A DNA stretch of 64,000 nt, taken from contig CAJUMH010000008.1 in assembly GCA_910587145.1 (NCBI GenBank), forward strand, positions 8,168 through 72,167, read 5' to 3'. Positions 9,006 to 19,349 of this stretch are shown in pieces. The notes under the pieces were generated by a model. It saw only the letters and a program-made list of their open reading frames with translations. It was not told the origin of the DNA and made no database searches. A program made the translations under genes and the position numbers. The number at the start of each line of letters is the position of its first letter. The stretch's first letter is position 1. The stretch is from an uncultured Ruthenibacterium sp. Lineage in GTDB: Bacteria; Bacillota; Clostridia; Oscillospirales; Ruminococcaceae.

Positions 9006-10169
9006 TTATTGATCGTACAGGTGGCACACCACATAGTGGCCCGGCTCCACCTCTACCTGGCGCGGCGCCTCGTGCTTGCAGCGTTCGGTGCAGCGCGCGC
9101 AGCGCGTATGGAACTTGCAGCCCGCGGGCGGGTTGGCCGGAGACGGAATGGAGCCCTCCAGCACGATGCGGTTCATCTTTGCCGTGGGATCCGGCACAGG
9201 GATGGCCGAGAACAGCGCCTCGGTATAGGGATGCAGCGGATTGCGGAAGATATCCTCCGTCGAGCCGTATTCTACCAGATTGCCCAGATACATCACGCCT
9301 ACCATATCGGAAATATGCTCCACCACGCTGAGGTCGTGCGAGATAAACAGATATGTCAGCTTGTATTTTTCCTGCAGATCCTTCAGCAGATTGATAATCT
9401 GCGCCTGAATGGAAACATCCAGCGCGGAAACCGGCTCGTCGCAGACGATAAATTCGGGATTCAGCGCAAGCGCGCGGGCAATGCAGATGCGCTGGCGCTG
9501 GCCGCCGGAAAACTCGTGCGGATAGCGATCCTTATGGAACGGCTGCAGGCCGCAGTTGTCCATCACCTGATCGATATAATCGTTGAATTCTTCCTTCGGC
9601 ACCAGCGCATGCTCGCGCACGGCCTCGCCGATGATCTCGCCCACCGGCAGACGCGGCGACAGCGAGGAGAACGGATCCTGAAAAATAATCTGCATTTTGG
9701 TGCGCAGCGCGCGCAGCTGTTTGGGCTGCAGATCGTAGATCTCCTGCCCGTTGAACAGCACCTGCCCATCTGTCTTTTCGCCGGAAAGGCGCAGAATGGT
9801 GCGTCCCGTTGTGGTTTTGCCGCAGCCGGATTCGCCCACAAGGCCCATCGTGGAGCCGCGCTTTAAATTGAATGTCACGCCGTCCACGGCCTTCACATAT
9901 CCCACGGTCTGGGACATCATGCCGCCCTTAATGGGGAAATATTTTTTCAGCGCGTTCACCATCAGAATATACTGCGGGTCGTACTCCACCGGAGTAAAGG
10001 TATTGTCCATGTGCAGCTCGGCGGCAGGCTTTGCGCCCTGCATGCCCTTTTTTACGCGCTCGGCCCGCCGTTCCTGCTGCTGCTTTTGCTCCTCCGGCGT
10101 TTTTCCCGCGGGGTCGCCGGGATGGGTGCGTCCGGCGCCCTGCGCAAGCCCCTTAAAGTTCAGCGCCAT
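9006..10169 (-). CDS. oppF: Oligopeptide ABC transporter ATP-binding protein
   Basis: GESGCGKTT, FSGGQRQR, IVCDEP, HPYT and C-terminal CKFHTRC motif. Confidence 0.92.
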   Translation of the reverse strand: MALNFKGLAQGAGRTHPGDPAGKTPEEQKQQQERRAERVKKGMQGAKPAAELHMDNTFTPVEYDPQYILMVNALKKYFPIKGGMMSQTVGYVKAVDGVTFNLKRGSTMGLVGESGCGKTTTGRTILRLSGEKTDGQVLFNGQEIYDLQPKQLRALRTKMQIIFQDPFSSLSPRLPVGEIIGEAVREHALVPKEEFNDYIDQVMDNCGLQPFHKDRYPHEFSGGQRQRICIARALALNPEFIVCDEPVSALDVSIQAQIINLLKDLQEKYKLTYLFISHDLSVVEHISDMVGVMYLGNLVEYGSTEDIFRNPLHPYTEALFSAIPVPDPTAKMNRIVLEGSIPSPANPPAGCKFHTRCARCTERCKHEAPRQVEVEPGHYVVCHLYDQ

Positions 10170-11325
10170 GCTCCTGCGCCTCCTTCCGGTTTTCTTCGGT
10201 GTAGCGATAGCACGATACCTTGTGCGTGGGCGAAAGGCTGATCTCGCCGGGATAATCGCCCGCGCAGCCCTCGCACTGCATCTCGCAGCGATCGCGGAAA
10301 TAGCAGTAGTGCGGCATATTGATGGGATTCGGCACCTTGCCGGGGATGGAATACAGCTTTTCCACCTTTTTGCCCACCACGGGCTTCGAGGCCATCAGCC
10401 CGATGGTATACGGGTGCGCGGGATGGGCGAAGATCTCTTCGGCCGTGCCCTTTTCCACGATGCGGCCGGCGTACATCACCACCACGTAATCGGCCATCTC
10501 GGCGATCACGCCCAGATCGTGCGTGATAAACATGATGGAGGAATTGATGCGGTCCTTCAGCTGGCGCAGAAGATCCAGGATCTGCGCCTGGATCGTCACA
10601 TCCAGCGCTGTAGTCGGCTCGTCGGCGATGATGATCCTCGGGCTGCAGGCCAGGGCCATGGCGATCATCACACGCTGGCGCATGCCGCCCGAAAGCTCGT
10701 GCGGGTACATCTGCGCAACGCCCTTTGCGTTGGCGATGCCCACCATCTCCAGCAGATCGATGATGCGTTTTTCAATTTCCGCCTCGGTGCGGCCTTCGGT
10801 GTTGTGCAGCACGAGTACTTCTTTGATCTGGTCTCCGATGCGGAACACCGGGTTCAGCGCCGTCATCGGCTCCTGAAAGATCATTGAAACGTAATTGCCG
10901 CGCAGCTCCTGCATCTTTGCGGCCGGTACCTTCGCCACATCATACGCCTTGTCGCCAAGGTTCAGGCGGATCTCGCCTTCCACGATCTGCCCCTGCGGGC
11001 GCTGCAGCAGCTGCATCAGCGAAAGGCTGGTGACGCTTTTGCCGCAGCCGGATTCTCCCACAACGCCCACCGTTTTGCCGATGGGCACCTCGAACGATAC
11101 GCCGTCCACCGAACGGACGACGCCCGCGTCGGTGAAAAAGCAGGTGTGCAGATTTTCAAACTCCACCGCGTTGCCGGGATCCCTCATTTGGGTAAGATAT
11201 TCGCTCTCGGGCACATTTTTGCGCTTGCGCTGCTTTTCCAGCCGATCGGTGACGCGGCGGTTCTCCCGCGCGATCTGGCGGGATTCCTTTGCGGACAGAT
11301 AGCCGTCGTTGTGCTTCTTTGCCAT
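10153..11325 (-). CDS. oppD: Oligopeptide ABC transporter ATP-binding protein
   Basis: GESGCGKSVT, LSGGMRQR, IIADEPTT, HPYT. Confidence 0.92.
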   Translation of the reverse strand: MAKKHNDGYLSAKESRQIARENRRVTDRLEKQRKRKNVPESEYLTQMRDPGNAVEFENLHTCFFTDAGVVRSVDGVSFEVPIGKTVGVVGESGCGKSVTSLSLMQLLQRPQGQIVEGEIRLNLGDKAYDVAKVPAAKMQELRGNYVSMIFQEPMTALNPVFRIGDQIKEVLVLHNTEGRTEAEIEKRIIDLLEMVGIANAKGVAQMYPHELSGGMRQRVMIAMALACSPRIIIADEPTTALDVTIQAQILDLLRQLKDRINSSIMFITHDLGVIAEMADYVVVMYAGRIVEKGTAEEIFAHPAHPYTIGLMASKPVVGKKVEKLYSIPGKVPNPINMPHYCYFRDRCEMQCEGCAGDYPGEISLSPTHKVSCYRYTEENRKEAQEHGAEL

Positions 11326-11341
11326 CTTTTCCTCCCCCTTC

Positions 11342-12883
11342 TCAGCGCTTCATCTTCGGGTCAAAGGCGTCACGCAGGCCGTCGCCCACGAAGTTAAAGC
11401 CCAGAACCGTCATCAGCAAACAGATGCCCGCGGGGATCCACACCCATAAATATTCTGTCAGAACATAGGAGTTGTTGACCTCGTTGATAATGTTGCCCCA
11501 GGAGGCAAAGGGGAACTTTACGCCGAGGCCCAGATAGCTCAGCGTAGCCTCTGTGATGATAATGGAGCCCAGGCCCATCGTCATATTCACGATGAGCTGC
11601 GGGATGACGTTTGGAACCAGATGGCAGAAGATGCGCCGCCGCACGCTGAGGCCGCTGGCCTCGGCGGCCGTCATAAATTCCTGCTCGCGCAGCGAGAGGA
11701 TCTGGCCGCGCACCAAACGGGCAATGCCCGCCCAGCCCAAAAAGCCCAGCAGCAGCATCAGATACAGCATCCGGATCTGGGGTTCCACCATCATGGCGTC
11801 CATCGCCGAACCCAGGATGATCATCAGCGGCATGGAGGGAACACAGTAAAAGATATCCACAATACGCATGATGAGGTTATCCACCCAGCCGCCAAAGTAG
11901 CCGGAAATACCGCCCAGGATCACGCCGATAACCGTCTCGATGAGAATGACGATAAAGCCGATGATGAGCGACACGCGCCCGCCGTACATCAGGCGCGTGA
12001 GCACGTCCATGCCGTTGCCCTCCGTGCCCAGCGGATGGATCCCGCCCGGGGGCGCGTATTTATCGTACACCTGCGTCGGGGTATCCTCCATCACCGAGTA
12101 GATCCGCTTGCCCGGATCGTAGGTCATGGTGTACTCCCGCTCCTGGCCGTCCACCGTCAGCGTGAACTCCGTCTCGCCGTTTTCAATGGCCTCGGCCACC
12201 CGGTCCTTGAAGATCTGGGGAATGCTGCGCCCGCTGACGCGGGACTGGACGATAAGGCGGCCCACGTTGGCCACATCCTGGCCGTCCTGGGTAATGACGC
12301 CGTGCTCCGTCATATCGTAGCGTTTGCCGTCGGCCTCAAAGCTGCCGCCCCCCTCTGCACAGGTCATCAGGGCGTTGTAGCTGAACTCATAGCTGAAGCT
12401 GGCGCCGGACTGGGTGGGATTGATGATGTCCATATAAGCCAGGCCCAGCAGGGCGCCCTTGTCGTCGGTGATCTCATAGAGCTCCTCGCCCACGGCTTCA
12501 ATGTAGTATTTCGCGCCCTTGTAGATCAGCATATCCTCCTTGCCGAGCACGATGCCCAGATTGGCCCGCACCAGCGTGGGCAGCTCCTGGCCCGGGGCAA
12601 CCAGATAGTGGTATTCGGTGTTCTCTGTAACGCCGGCATACTCTTTTTTCTGATACTCGAGCGTATAAAAGAACTGATCCTCGCTGTAGGGGACGACCCA
12701 GCCGCCCACAAAGGAGAACAGGAACATGCTCACCAGCATGGTGAGGCCCACAACAGCCAATCGGTTGCGGAAAAAGCGCTTTGCCACCAGCGCGCCGGGA
12801 GAGAGCACCTTTACACGCCGGTCGTCATTCAGGGAGTACTGCTCCTCCTGCAGATCGTTTTGCTTTTCCATATCCTTGCTCAT
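11342..12883 (-). CDS. oppC: Oligopeptide ABC transporter permease with large extracytoplasmic insertion
   Basis: N-terminal RFFRNRLAVVG, HPLGTEGNGMDVLTRLMYGGRVSL, EAA loop (EFMTAAEASG); about 200 extra residues after TM1. Confidence 0.88.
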   Translation of the reverse strand: MSKDMEKQNDLQEEQYSLNDDRRVKVLSPGALVAKRFFRNRLAVVGLTMLVSMFLFSFVGGWVVPYSEDQFFYTLEYQKKEYAGVTENTEYHYLVAPGQELPTLVRANLGIVLGKEDMLIYKGAKYYIEAVGEELYEITDDKGALLGLAYMDIINPTQSGASFSYEFSYNALMTCAEGGGSFEADGKRYDMTEHGVITQDGQDVANVGRLIVQSRVSGRSIPQIFKDRVAEAIENGETEFTLTVDGQEREYTMTYDPGKRIYSVMEDTPTQVYDKYAPPGGIHPLGTEGNGMDVLTRLMYGGRVSLIIGFIVILIETVIGVILGGISGYFGGWVDNLIMRIVDIFYCVPSMPLMIILGSAMDAMMVEPQIRMLYLMLLLGFLGWAGIARLVRGQILSLREQEFMTAAEASGLSVRRRIFCHLVPNVIPQLIVNMTMGLGSIIITEATLSYLGLGVKFPFASWGNIINEVNNSYVLTEYLWVWIPAGICLLMTVLGFNFVGDGLRDAFDPKMKR

Positions 12884-12898
12884 TTTCCGTTCGCCTCC

Positions 12899-13891
12899 TT
12901 ACGAGATGCGCACGCGGGGATCGACCACCGCATACAGAATGTCGGCGATCAGGTTGCCCGCCAGCGTCAGCACTGCCATAAAGGTGAGATAGAAGAACGA
13001 GAACGGGATATCGCCGGCCACCATGGCGTCGTAGGACACCTTGCCGATGCCCGGGATGGCAAATATAGTCTCCGTGATGAGCGCGCCGGAAAACAGCCCC
13101 GGCAGCGAGCCGCCGATGATCGTTACAAGCGGAATGAGGGTATTGCGGAACGCGTGATGATAAATTACCTTGCCCTCCGAAAGGCCCTTGGCCCGGGCGG
13201 TGCGGATGTAGTCGGCATTGAGCACCTCCAGCATATTGGTGCGGGTGTAGCGCATCAGCGAGCCGATACTCAGCACCACAAGCGTTGTGACAGGCATCAC
13301 CATATGCCAGACGGCGTCCATAAAATACTGCCATGCGCTCATATTGCCCACGATGGCCGCAGTGGAGTGCAGGCCGTTGAGCTCGAACCAGCCCAGCTTT
13401 ACCGAAAAGACCAGCTTGAGCAGCGTAGCAAAGAAAAAGGTGGGAAAGCTGATGCCCGCCAGCGCCACAGCGGAAATGACGTAGTCTGTCATGGAATACT
13501 GTTTTGTGGCCGCGACAACGCCGAGCGGGATGGCGATGACAAGCTCCAGCAGCAGAGCGACCGCACCCATGACGAAGCTGATGCCGATCACCTGGCGGAA
13601 CTTCTCCAGAACCGGGATGGTGAACTTCCAGCTGTCGCCGAAATCCAGCCGCAGCAGGTGCCCCAGCTGCTGGAAGAAGCCCGGGATGATCCCCTGATCG
13701 AGGCCGTACTGCGCCTCCAGCTGAACCAGCCACTCTTCATAGGGCTTGGAGCCTGGCTGCTGTGCCAGACGAATGGCCTGCGCCTCCACATAGCTGGTGG
13801 GCAGACAGCGCATCAGCACATAGATGATGAAAGTTACAAAAAACAGAATGACGACAGATAGCATCAGTCGCTTGGCGATGAACTTTCGCAT
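12899..13891 (-). CDS. oppB: Oligopeptide ABC transporter permease
   Basis: Start MRKFIAKRL; DYIRTARAKGLS EAA motif; ITETIFAIPGIG. Confidence 0.92.
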   Translation of the reverse strand: MRKFIAKRLMLSVVILFFVTFIIYVLMRCLPTSYVEAQAIRLAQQPGSKPYEEWLVQLEAQYGLDQGIIPGFFQQLGHLLRLDFGDSWKFTIPVLEKFRQVIGISFVMGAVALLLELVIAIPLGVVAATKQYSMTDYVISAVALAGISFPTFFFATLLKLVFSVKLGWFELNGLHSTAAIVGNMSAWQYFMDAVWHMVMPVTTLVVLSIGSLMRYTRTNMLEVLNADYIRTARAKGLSEGKVIYHHAFRNTLIPLVTIIGGSLPGLFSGALITETIFAIPGIGKVSYDAMVAGDIPFSFFYLTFMAVLTLAGNLIADILYAVVDPRVRIS

Positions 13892-14010
13892 AGTGATCCC
13901 CCTTCGGTATCGTTTTTCCGCCGGAGTAGACGGTGTGCGGCTGCCATACCGGAAACTGTCCCGTCCGCGGACAAAAAGGCAATTTTGTCCGCGTGCGGCG
14001 CACTTTCCTG

Positions 14011-14053
14011 AATAAAACAAACGGAGGGGAGAAGGGCCTCTCCCCTCCGTTTG
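14011..14053 (-). terminator. Intercistronic terminator after oppA
   Basis: 15-bp perfect stem CAAACGGAGGGGAGA / TCTCCCCTCCGTTTG, followed on the minus strand by TTTTATT. Confidence 0.75.
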
Positions 14054-14091
14054 CTCATACCGGGTGCGGCATACGGGCGCGGGAAATGTGT

Positions 14092-16398
14092 TTAGTTCAT
14101 CTCCAGCTTCTCGATGTCGCTGTACCAGTTCCAGTAGGTGGTGATCGCGGGCGTCAGGGTATCGATATTAACGCGCTCCGTGGAGAAGCAGATAGCGTTC
14201 TGGCGCTGATACAGCGGGATCTCCACGGCCCAGTCGGCCACGATGTCCAGACACTCCTTATAGATGGTCTTGCGGTAGGTCTGGTCGTTGGAGTTGCGGG
14301 CAGCCATGATCAGCTCGTCCAGCTCGGCGTCCTTCACCCAGTAGCTCTTCTCGTTGGAGCCGCCCTGGCTGTGGTAGATCTGGTACATATCGGGGTCGGG
14401 CGTCGCATTCCACGCCATGGCGAACATCTCCGCCTCACCGGCGTTGACGGCATTTGACATCTGGCTGAAATCGCTGATGTCGTTGACGACCAGATTGAAG
14501 CCGATCTCCTTCAGGGCTTTGCTGGCCTCGCTCAGGGCCAGGAAGGCCGGGTGGTCGCCGATACCGGCGCCAACCACGGTGACGGTGTAATCCAGCTTGG
14601 CGCCCTCGGGAGCAGCGGTAACCTTCCCGTCCTCCACAGTGTAGCCCGCAGCCTCCAGGAAGCCCAGAGCGGCCTGCTGGGCAGCGGCATAGCGCTCCTC
14701 GGCGCTCATGCCGTCGGTGTAGATGGGATCGCCGTTTACGTCAACGGAGAAAGCCTCGCGATAGCCCTCGTCCGTCACCTGGGGCGCGGCCCAGGAGGTA
14801 TCGGAGATGGGGTAGTTGATCACGTTGGCCAGCTCGCTGCCGTAGTAGGAATCCACCGCCAGGCTGCGGTAGACCGCCACCTCGGTGCAGATGGCCCTGC
14901 GCAGGTTCTTGGAGGCCTCGGAGCCGCTGTCGTCGCCCACCTTGATGTTCTTGGCGGCGATGCCGGCATAGCCGTAGCCCAGGTTGGCCACGCTCTGGGT
15001 GGTGATCACGCTGCCGGTAACGCCCTCGCCGTTATTGATCTGGGTGATCTGCTCCACAGCCTGCTTGTTGTAGCTGGGGCTGATGATGTCCACCGTGCCG
15101 GCCTCCAGCGCGGGGATCAGATCCTTGTCGTCCATGGAACGCCATACGATGTTCTTGATCTTGGGCTCGCCCAGATAGTAGTTGGGGTTGGCCTGCAGGG
15201 TAACGGTGTTATTCTCCCAGGATACAAACGTATAGGGGCCGAAGCCGACGGGAACAGACGTCTTGTCGCGCACGATGCTCAAATCGCCCTTGGGGAAGCC
15301 GAATTTGTTGTTGTCGTAATCATACTGGGCAGCGTCGCCGTAGTAGTGCAGCGGGTTGATCGTGACGCCCAGCTGGTACTGAGCCTGCACGTCCAGATGC
15401 TCCAGCGTAACCTCCATGGAGTAATCGCCGGTTCTTTGAATGCCGGAGATATTGGGAACGTCTTCACCCACCGCAATGCCCTCGGTGGTCATGCTGTACA
15501 CATCCTCGGGAATCAGGTCGGCCAGTGCGTCGGAGTTGCCGATCTCGGCCTCCATCGCGGCGAAGTTCCAGTCGTACTGATTGCCGATGATCTCGAACCA
15601 GTCTGCGGCCGTGGCGCCCTGGGGCACCTCAAAGCCCCAGTTGGGAGCAACAACAGAGAGGTCGTCGTCGGCGCTGTTGGCTTCCGCTTCCACCAGGTAG
15701 TCCACAATGCCCTGAACGAACTGCGCGCCGCCGTCATCCACGGCGGCCCAGAAGGCCTTCTGCTCTTCCTCGGTCCAATTGGTAAAATCGGTGTTGTCGC
15801 GGCCGGCGGCGCCGATCAGGGAAGATTTGCTCTTCATGGAATTCTGATACTCGGCCAGGCCCACGATGGGCAGAGACGTGAGGCTGGATATGCCGTCAAA
15901 CGTGGGGTCCAGCTGCACATACATCGAGAAGATGGCGTCGTCAATGGTGACGGGCTCTCCGTCGGAGAACACCAGATCCTCGCGCATCTTGAACTTGTAA
16001 GTAACGGTGCCGTCGGGATTATCCACCACATCCACATCGGATACACCGTTGTCGTAGGTGTAATCTACGCCGTTATACTCACGCGTCTCGCCGGTGAGGG
16101 CCTTCAGCACAGGAGCGCCCACGCGGTCGATGCCGTACATGCTGCCGCACACCAGCCCCAGCACCTGGTTCTCGTAATCGTTGGTGTAGAAGAAGCTCGA
16201 GAACTTGCCGTCAAAGTAAGAGGTGCCGATGGTGAGGGTGTCCAGCTTGCCCTCCTCCGGCTGGTCGGCGCTGTCGCTGCTGCTCGGGGTGGAGTCGGCG
16301 GGGGTGCTGGCGGAATTGCTGTTGTTGCAGCCGGCCAGCAGGCCGAGACACATCACCAGCGCAAGCAGAAGCGCCAGCAGTTTTTTAGCGTTTTTCAT
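14092..16398 (-). CDS. oppA: Oligopeptide ABC transporter substrate-binding lipoprotein (family 5), 768 aa
   Basis: Lipobox LAGC; YKFKMREDLVFSDGEPVTIDDAIFS family-5 signature; GFGPY; first gene of oppABCDF. Confidence 0.9.
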   Translation of the reverse strand: MKNAKKLLALLLALVMCLGLLAGCNNSNSASTPADSTPSSSDSADQPEEGKLDTLTIGTSYFDGKFSSFFYTNDYENQVLGLVCGSMYGIDRVGAPVLKALTGETREYNGVDYTYDNGVSDVDVVDNPDGTVTYKFKMREDLVFSDGEPVTIDDAIFSMYVQLDPTFDGISSLTSLPIVGLAEYQNSMKSKSSLIGAAGRDNTDFTNWTEEEQKAFWAAVDDGGAQFVQGIVDYLVEAEANSADDDLSVVAPNWGFEVPQGATAADWFEIIGNQYDWNFAAMEAEIGNSDALADLIPEDVYSMTTEGIAVGEDVPNISGIQRTGDYSMEVTLEHLDVQAQYQLGVTINPLHYYGDAAQYDYDNNKFGFPKGDLSIVRDKTSVPVGFGPYTFVSWENNTVTLQANPNYYLGEPKIKNIVWRSMDDKDLIPALEAGTVDIISPSYNKQAVEQITQINNGEGVTGSVITTQSVANLGYGYAGIAAKNIKVGDDSGSEASKNLRRAICTEVAVYRSLAVDSYYGSELANVINYPISDTSWAAPQVTDEGYREAFSVDVNGDPIYTDGMSAEERYAAAQQAALGFLEAAGYTVEDGKVTAAPEGAKLDYTVTVVGAGIGDHPAFLALSEASKALKEIGFNLVVNDISDFSQMSNAVNAGEAEMFAMAWNATPDPDMYQIYHSQGGSNEKSYWVKDAELDELIMAARNSNDQTYRKTIYKECLDIVADWAVEIPLYQRQNAICFSTERVNIDTLTPAITTYWNWYSDIEKLEMN

Positions 16399-16597
16399 TT
16401 ACTTTTCCTCCTTGATATATTCGAACGAAAGAACCTCTGAATCAATCAGAGCTTCCCATGAACCGGGCGTTTTTCGCCCGGGGGTTCGCACAAAAAAGAC
16501 GGGGCTTGCCGTGTGGCCCATGTTGGAGGCTTCGCGCGGTGCGAAGATCCACCGTCAAAAACGGCCGCGCGGAGAATCCAAACGGGCGATGGAAGCG

Positions 16598-17128
16598 TCA
16601 CTTTGTCCAGCGCAGCGCGCAGGCTGTGCGCAGCCACCAGAGCTGGCAGGCCGCGCACCCGCCCAACAAGAGCCAGAACAGGAGGGCGGCGCAGGCGTGC
16701 CCCTCGGCGCCGTTGCGCAAAAGATAGACGCCGTGGCCCAAAAGCGTCAACGCGGCAAAGCCCAGCGCGCAGCCGCCCCTTACCCGAAAACGGCCCACGG
16801 TAGCCTCGTACACATACGCGCGCAGCCGCTCTCCGCCATAGCTCAACCGGCACATCAGCCAGAGAACGGCGGCCTGGCTCACCAGCGCGCCGGCGTAGGG
16901 CAAGAGCACATAAGGACAATTCTGCATCCCCGGAACGGGGATGCAGCCGGCTGCAACTATTAGCATTGCCGGCAATGCGGCGCCCAGCCAAAGGCGGATC
17001 AGGGCGCGGCGGCGTGCCTGGCCCGGCTCTGCCCAGCCGTACAGGGCTCCGGTGTAGACGTATTCCCCACCGGCGGTGGGCTGAAAATCATTCAGGTAGC
17101 TGCGGCGGCGGGGGGACTTACCCTCCAT
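16598..17128 (-). CDS. Hypothetical membrane protein (about 4 TM helices)
   Basis: Start MEGKSPRRRSYLNDF overlaps the pepF stop (TGATG); four hydrophobic segments. Confidence 0.65.
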   Translation of the reverse strand: MEGKSPRRRSYLNDFQPTAGGEYVYTGALYGWAEPGQARRRALIRLWLGAALPAMLIVAAGCIPVPGMQNCPYVLLPYAGALVSQAAVLWLMCRLSYGGERLRAYVYEATVGRFRVRGGCALGFAALTLLGHGVYLLRNGAEGHACAALLFWLLLGGCAACQLWWLRTACALRWTK

Positions 17129-18831
17129 CACTCCACGCCCGCCCGGTCGAACGCTTCCAGCGCCTCGGCCGCCTTCGCGCACACGCCGCGCAGGCAGCTT
17201 TCTTCAAACGGGCTCTCCAGCCCGGCGTTCGCCAAAAGCTCGGTGAATACGCGGCTTCCACCCTGGCGGGTATAGGCCATATAATGCGCCCACGCGTTTT
17301 TTGCATCCTCGCGGATGAGCGCCCAGAACTGCAGCGAAACGGTTTGCGCAAGGCAGTAATCGATGTAATAGAACGGGCGGGTATAAATGTGGTGCTGGCG
17401 CTGCCAGCCCTCGCCTTCGGCATAGAACGGAATCTCGCCGTCCAGCTTCATCCACGGCATATAAACGCCCAGCAGCCGCTTCCATACGCCGTGCCGCTCG
17501 GCGGGCGTCATTTCCGGGTGCGCGTATACCTCGTGCTGGAAATGATCCACCAGCGTGCCGTAGGGAAGGAACGTGATCGCGCCCGCGAGGTGGCTGTACA
17601 AAAACTTGCGCGCATCGGCGCCGAAGAATTTCGGTGCCCATGGCTCGGCAAAGAACTCCATCGACATGGAATGCACCTCGCAGGCCTCCATGCCCGGCCA
17701 GACATATTCCATCGGCACACGTCCGCGGTTGACCCACGCGGCAAAGGCATGCCCTGCCTCGTGCGTTACCACCTCGATATCGTGCTGCGTGCCGTTGAAG
17801 TTGGCAAAAATAAACGGGACGCCGTAGTCGGGGATGGCGGTACAGTAGCCGCCGGATTGCTTGCCCTCTGTAGAGAGCACGTCCAGCAGCTCGCCCTCGC
17901 GCATGGTACGGAAGAACTCGGCCGTCTCGGGGCTGAGGTCGTTATAAAAAGCCTGCCCCTCGGCCAAGATCTCCTCCGGCGTGCCCTGCGGCTTCGGGTT
18001 GCCCGTGCAAAACTGCAGCGCGTTATCGGCAAAGCTCATCGGGTATTGCCTGCCCAGCCGCGCGGCCTGCCGACGATAGACGCCGTCCGCAACCGGCACT
18101 ACATATTTTACCACGGCGGCGCGGAATTTTTCCACGTCCTCTTTGGTATAGCAGTTGCGGCCCATGCGGTAGTAGCCAAGCGTGGTATAGCCCTCGCAGC
18201 CCAGCTTTTTGCCCATGCTGTCCCGCAGGCGCACCAGCTCGTCGTACAGGCGGTCGAGCTCGGGCTGGTTTTCTTTATACCAGCGCCCCTCCGCCTTCCA
18301 CGCGGCCAGACGGCGCGCGTCGTCCGGATCCTGCTTAAAGGGCGTCAGCTGCGAAAGCGTATACACGCCGCCCTCGAAGGGGATCTGCGCCGAGGCAATA
18401 AGCTTATCATACGCCTGACGCAAATTGTTTTCGCGCTGCAGCTCCGGAATGATCTCAGGCGAAAAGGTCTTTAAAGCGATCTCAGCGTTGCGGAACATCA
18501 AATCGCCGTATTCGGCAGAAAAATCCGCGCGATAAGGGCTTTGCAGCAAAGCCGCCGTCCATGCCTGCAGATATTCCTCCAGCTCGGGCGACGCGGCGTT
18601 CCAAAATTTTTGCTCAGCCTCGTAAAACGCATCGCGCGTATCGATAGAGTGCCGGATATGCACCAGCGTGGAGGCCGTCATAATATGCCGGTCCAGCTCG
18701 TCCTTTTTTAAAAAGGCCTCCCGCGCCGCGGCATAGCTCTCTGCCTTTTGCAGCGCCCCGGTCAGCTGCGCAAGCTGCGCCTTCAGCCCTTCCACATCCG
18801 GGCGCTGATACGGCATTTCAGAAAATTTCAC
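17128..18831 (-). CDS. pepF: M3B family oligoendopeptidase (PepF-like)
   Basis: GTG start (VKFSEMPYQRPD) after AAAGAGGTG; HEAGH zinc motif plus downstream EVHS. Confidence 0.9.
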   Translation of the reverse strand: MKFSEMPYQRPDVEGLKAQLAQLTGALQKAESYAAAREAFLKKDELDRHIMTASTLVHIRHSIDTRDAFYEAEQKFWNAASPELEEYLQAWTAALLQSPYRADFSAEYGDLMFRNAEIALKTFSPEIIPELQRENNLRQAYDKLIASAQIPFEGGVYTLSQLTPFKQDPDDARRLAAWKAEGRWYKENQPELDRLYDELVRLRDSMGKKLGCEGYTTLGYYRMGRNCYTKEDVEKFRAAVVKYVVPVADGVYRRQAARLGRQYPMSFADNALQFCTGNPKPQGTPEEILAEGQAFYNDLSPETAEFFRTMREGELLDVLSTEGKQSGGYCTAIPDYGVPFIFANFNGTQHDIEVVTHEAGHAFAAWVNRGRVPMEYVWPGMEACEVHSMSMEFFAEPWAPKFFGADARKFLYSHLAGAITFLPYGTLVDHFQHEVYAHPEMTPAERHGVWKRLLGVYMPWMKLDGEIPFYAEGEGWQRQHHIYTRPFYYIDYCLAQTVSLQFWALIREDAKNAWAHYMAYTRQGGSRVFTELLANAGLESPFEESCLRGVCAKAAEALEAFDRAGVE

Positions 18832-19157
18832 GAACAACACCTCTTTGCTTCTTGCCTGCGGAGTGCCGATGCTTCTCCCGCAAAGCAGGCAGGGCCGCCG
18901 GGTACGATTTTGGAATCGGCGCGGCGGTGTTCTTTTCCCGAATACAATCCCACACAAGATATAGGATCTGTTGGCATTGGATCAATTATTATTCTAATAC
19001 ATTTTGTGTGGATTGTGCAAGTATTTCGATGTCAAAATACGCAAAAAGCAGAATTTTCCATATAATGCGCAATTTTCATGAGCCGTCCGCTTTTTTTGTC
19101 AGCAATCTTCACAAAATATGTGCGTACTATGCGTACATGCAGCGTGCCCCGCAAAAG

Positions 19158-19200
19158 AAAAGGGGCGTGCGGCAAAAAATTTTTGCAGCGTGCCCCTTTT
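19158..19200. terminator. Imperfect long hairpin downstream of the TetR-ABC operon
   Basis: AAAAGGGGC ... GCCCCTTTT with inner GCAAAAA/TTTTTGC pairing. Confidence 0.5.
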
Positions 19201-19349
19201 CCACTGTATCAATCCAAAATGCTTCTTTCCAAAAAAGAAAGCGCCGTCCTTGTATCATGGAGCCGTCCCGCCTTTAAGAAGCGGGCCGGAGCATTTTTTA
19301 GGAAATTTTTCAAAAGGCGGGCCGGGGCATTTCCTTGCTCTTTGCCCGC

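Noticed and set aside
11621-16440. Long plus-strand ORFs 11621-13861 (746 aa) and 14551-16440 (629 aa)
   Set aside because: They are antisense shadows of oppC/oppB/oppA caused by GC-rich codon usage; His/Gln/Arg-rich with no motifs.
18813-18827. CodY box at the start of pepF (GCATTTCAGAAAATT)
   Set aside because: Three mismatches to AATTTTCWGAAAATT and fully explained by the codons for KFSEM. Plausible but unsupported.
19280-19332. Two near-identical GCGGGCCGG(A/G)GCATTT copies
   Set aside because: Only two short imperfect copies at a gene 3' end, with no functional context.
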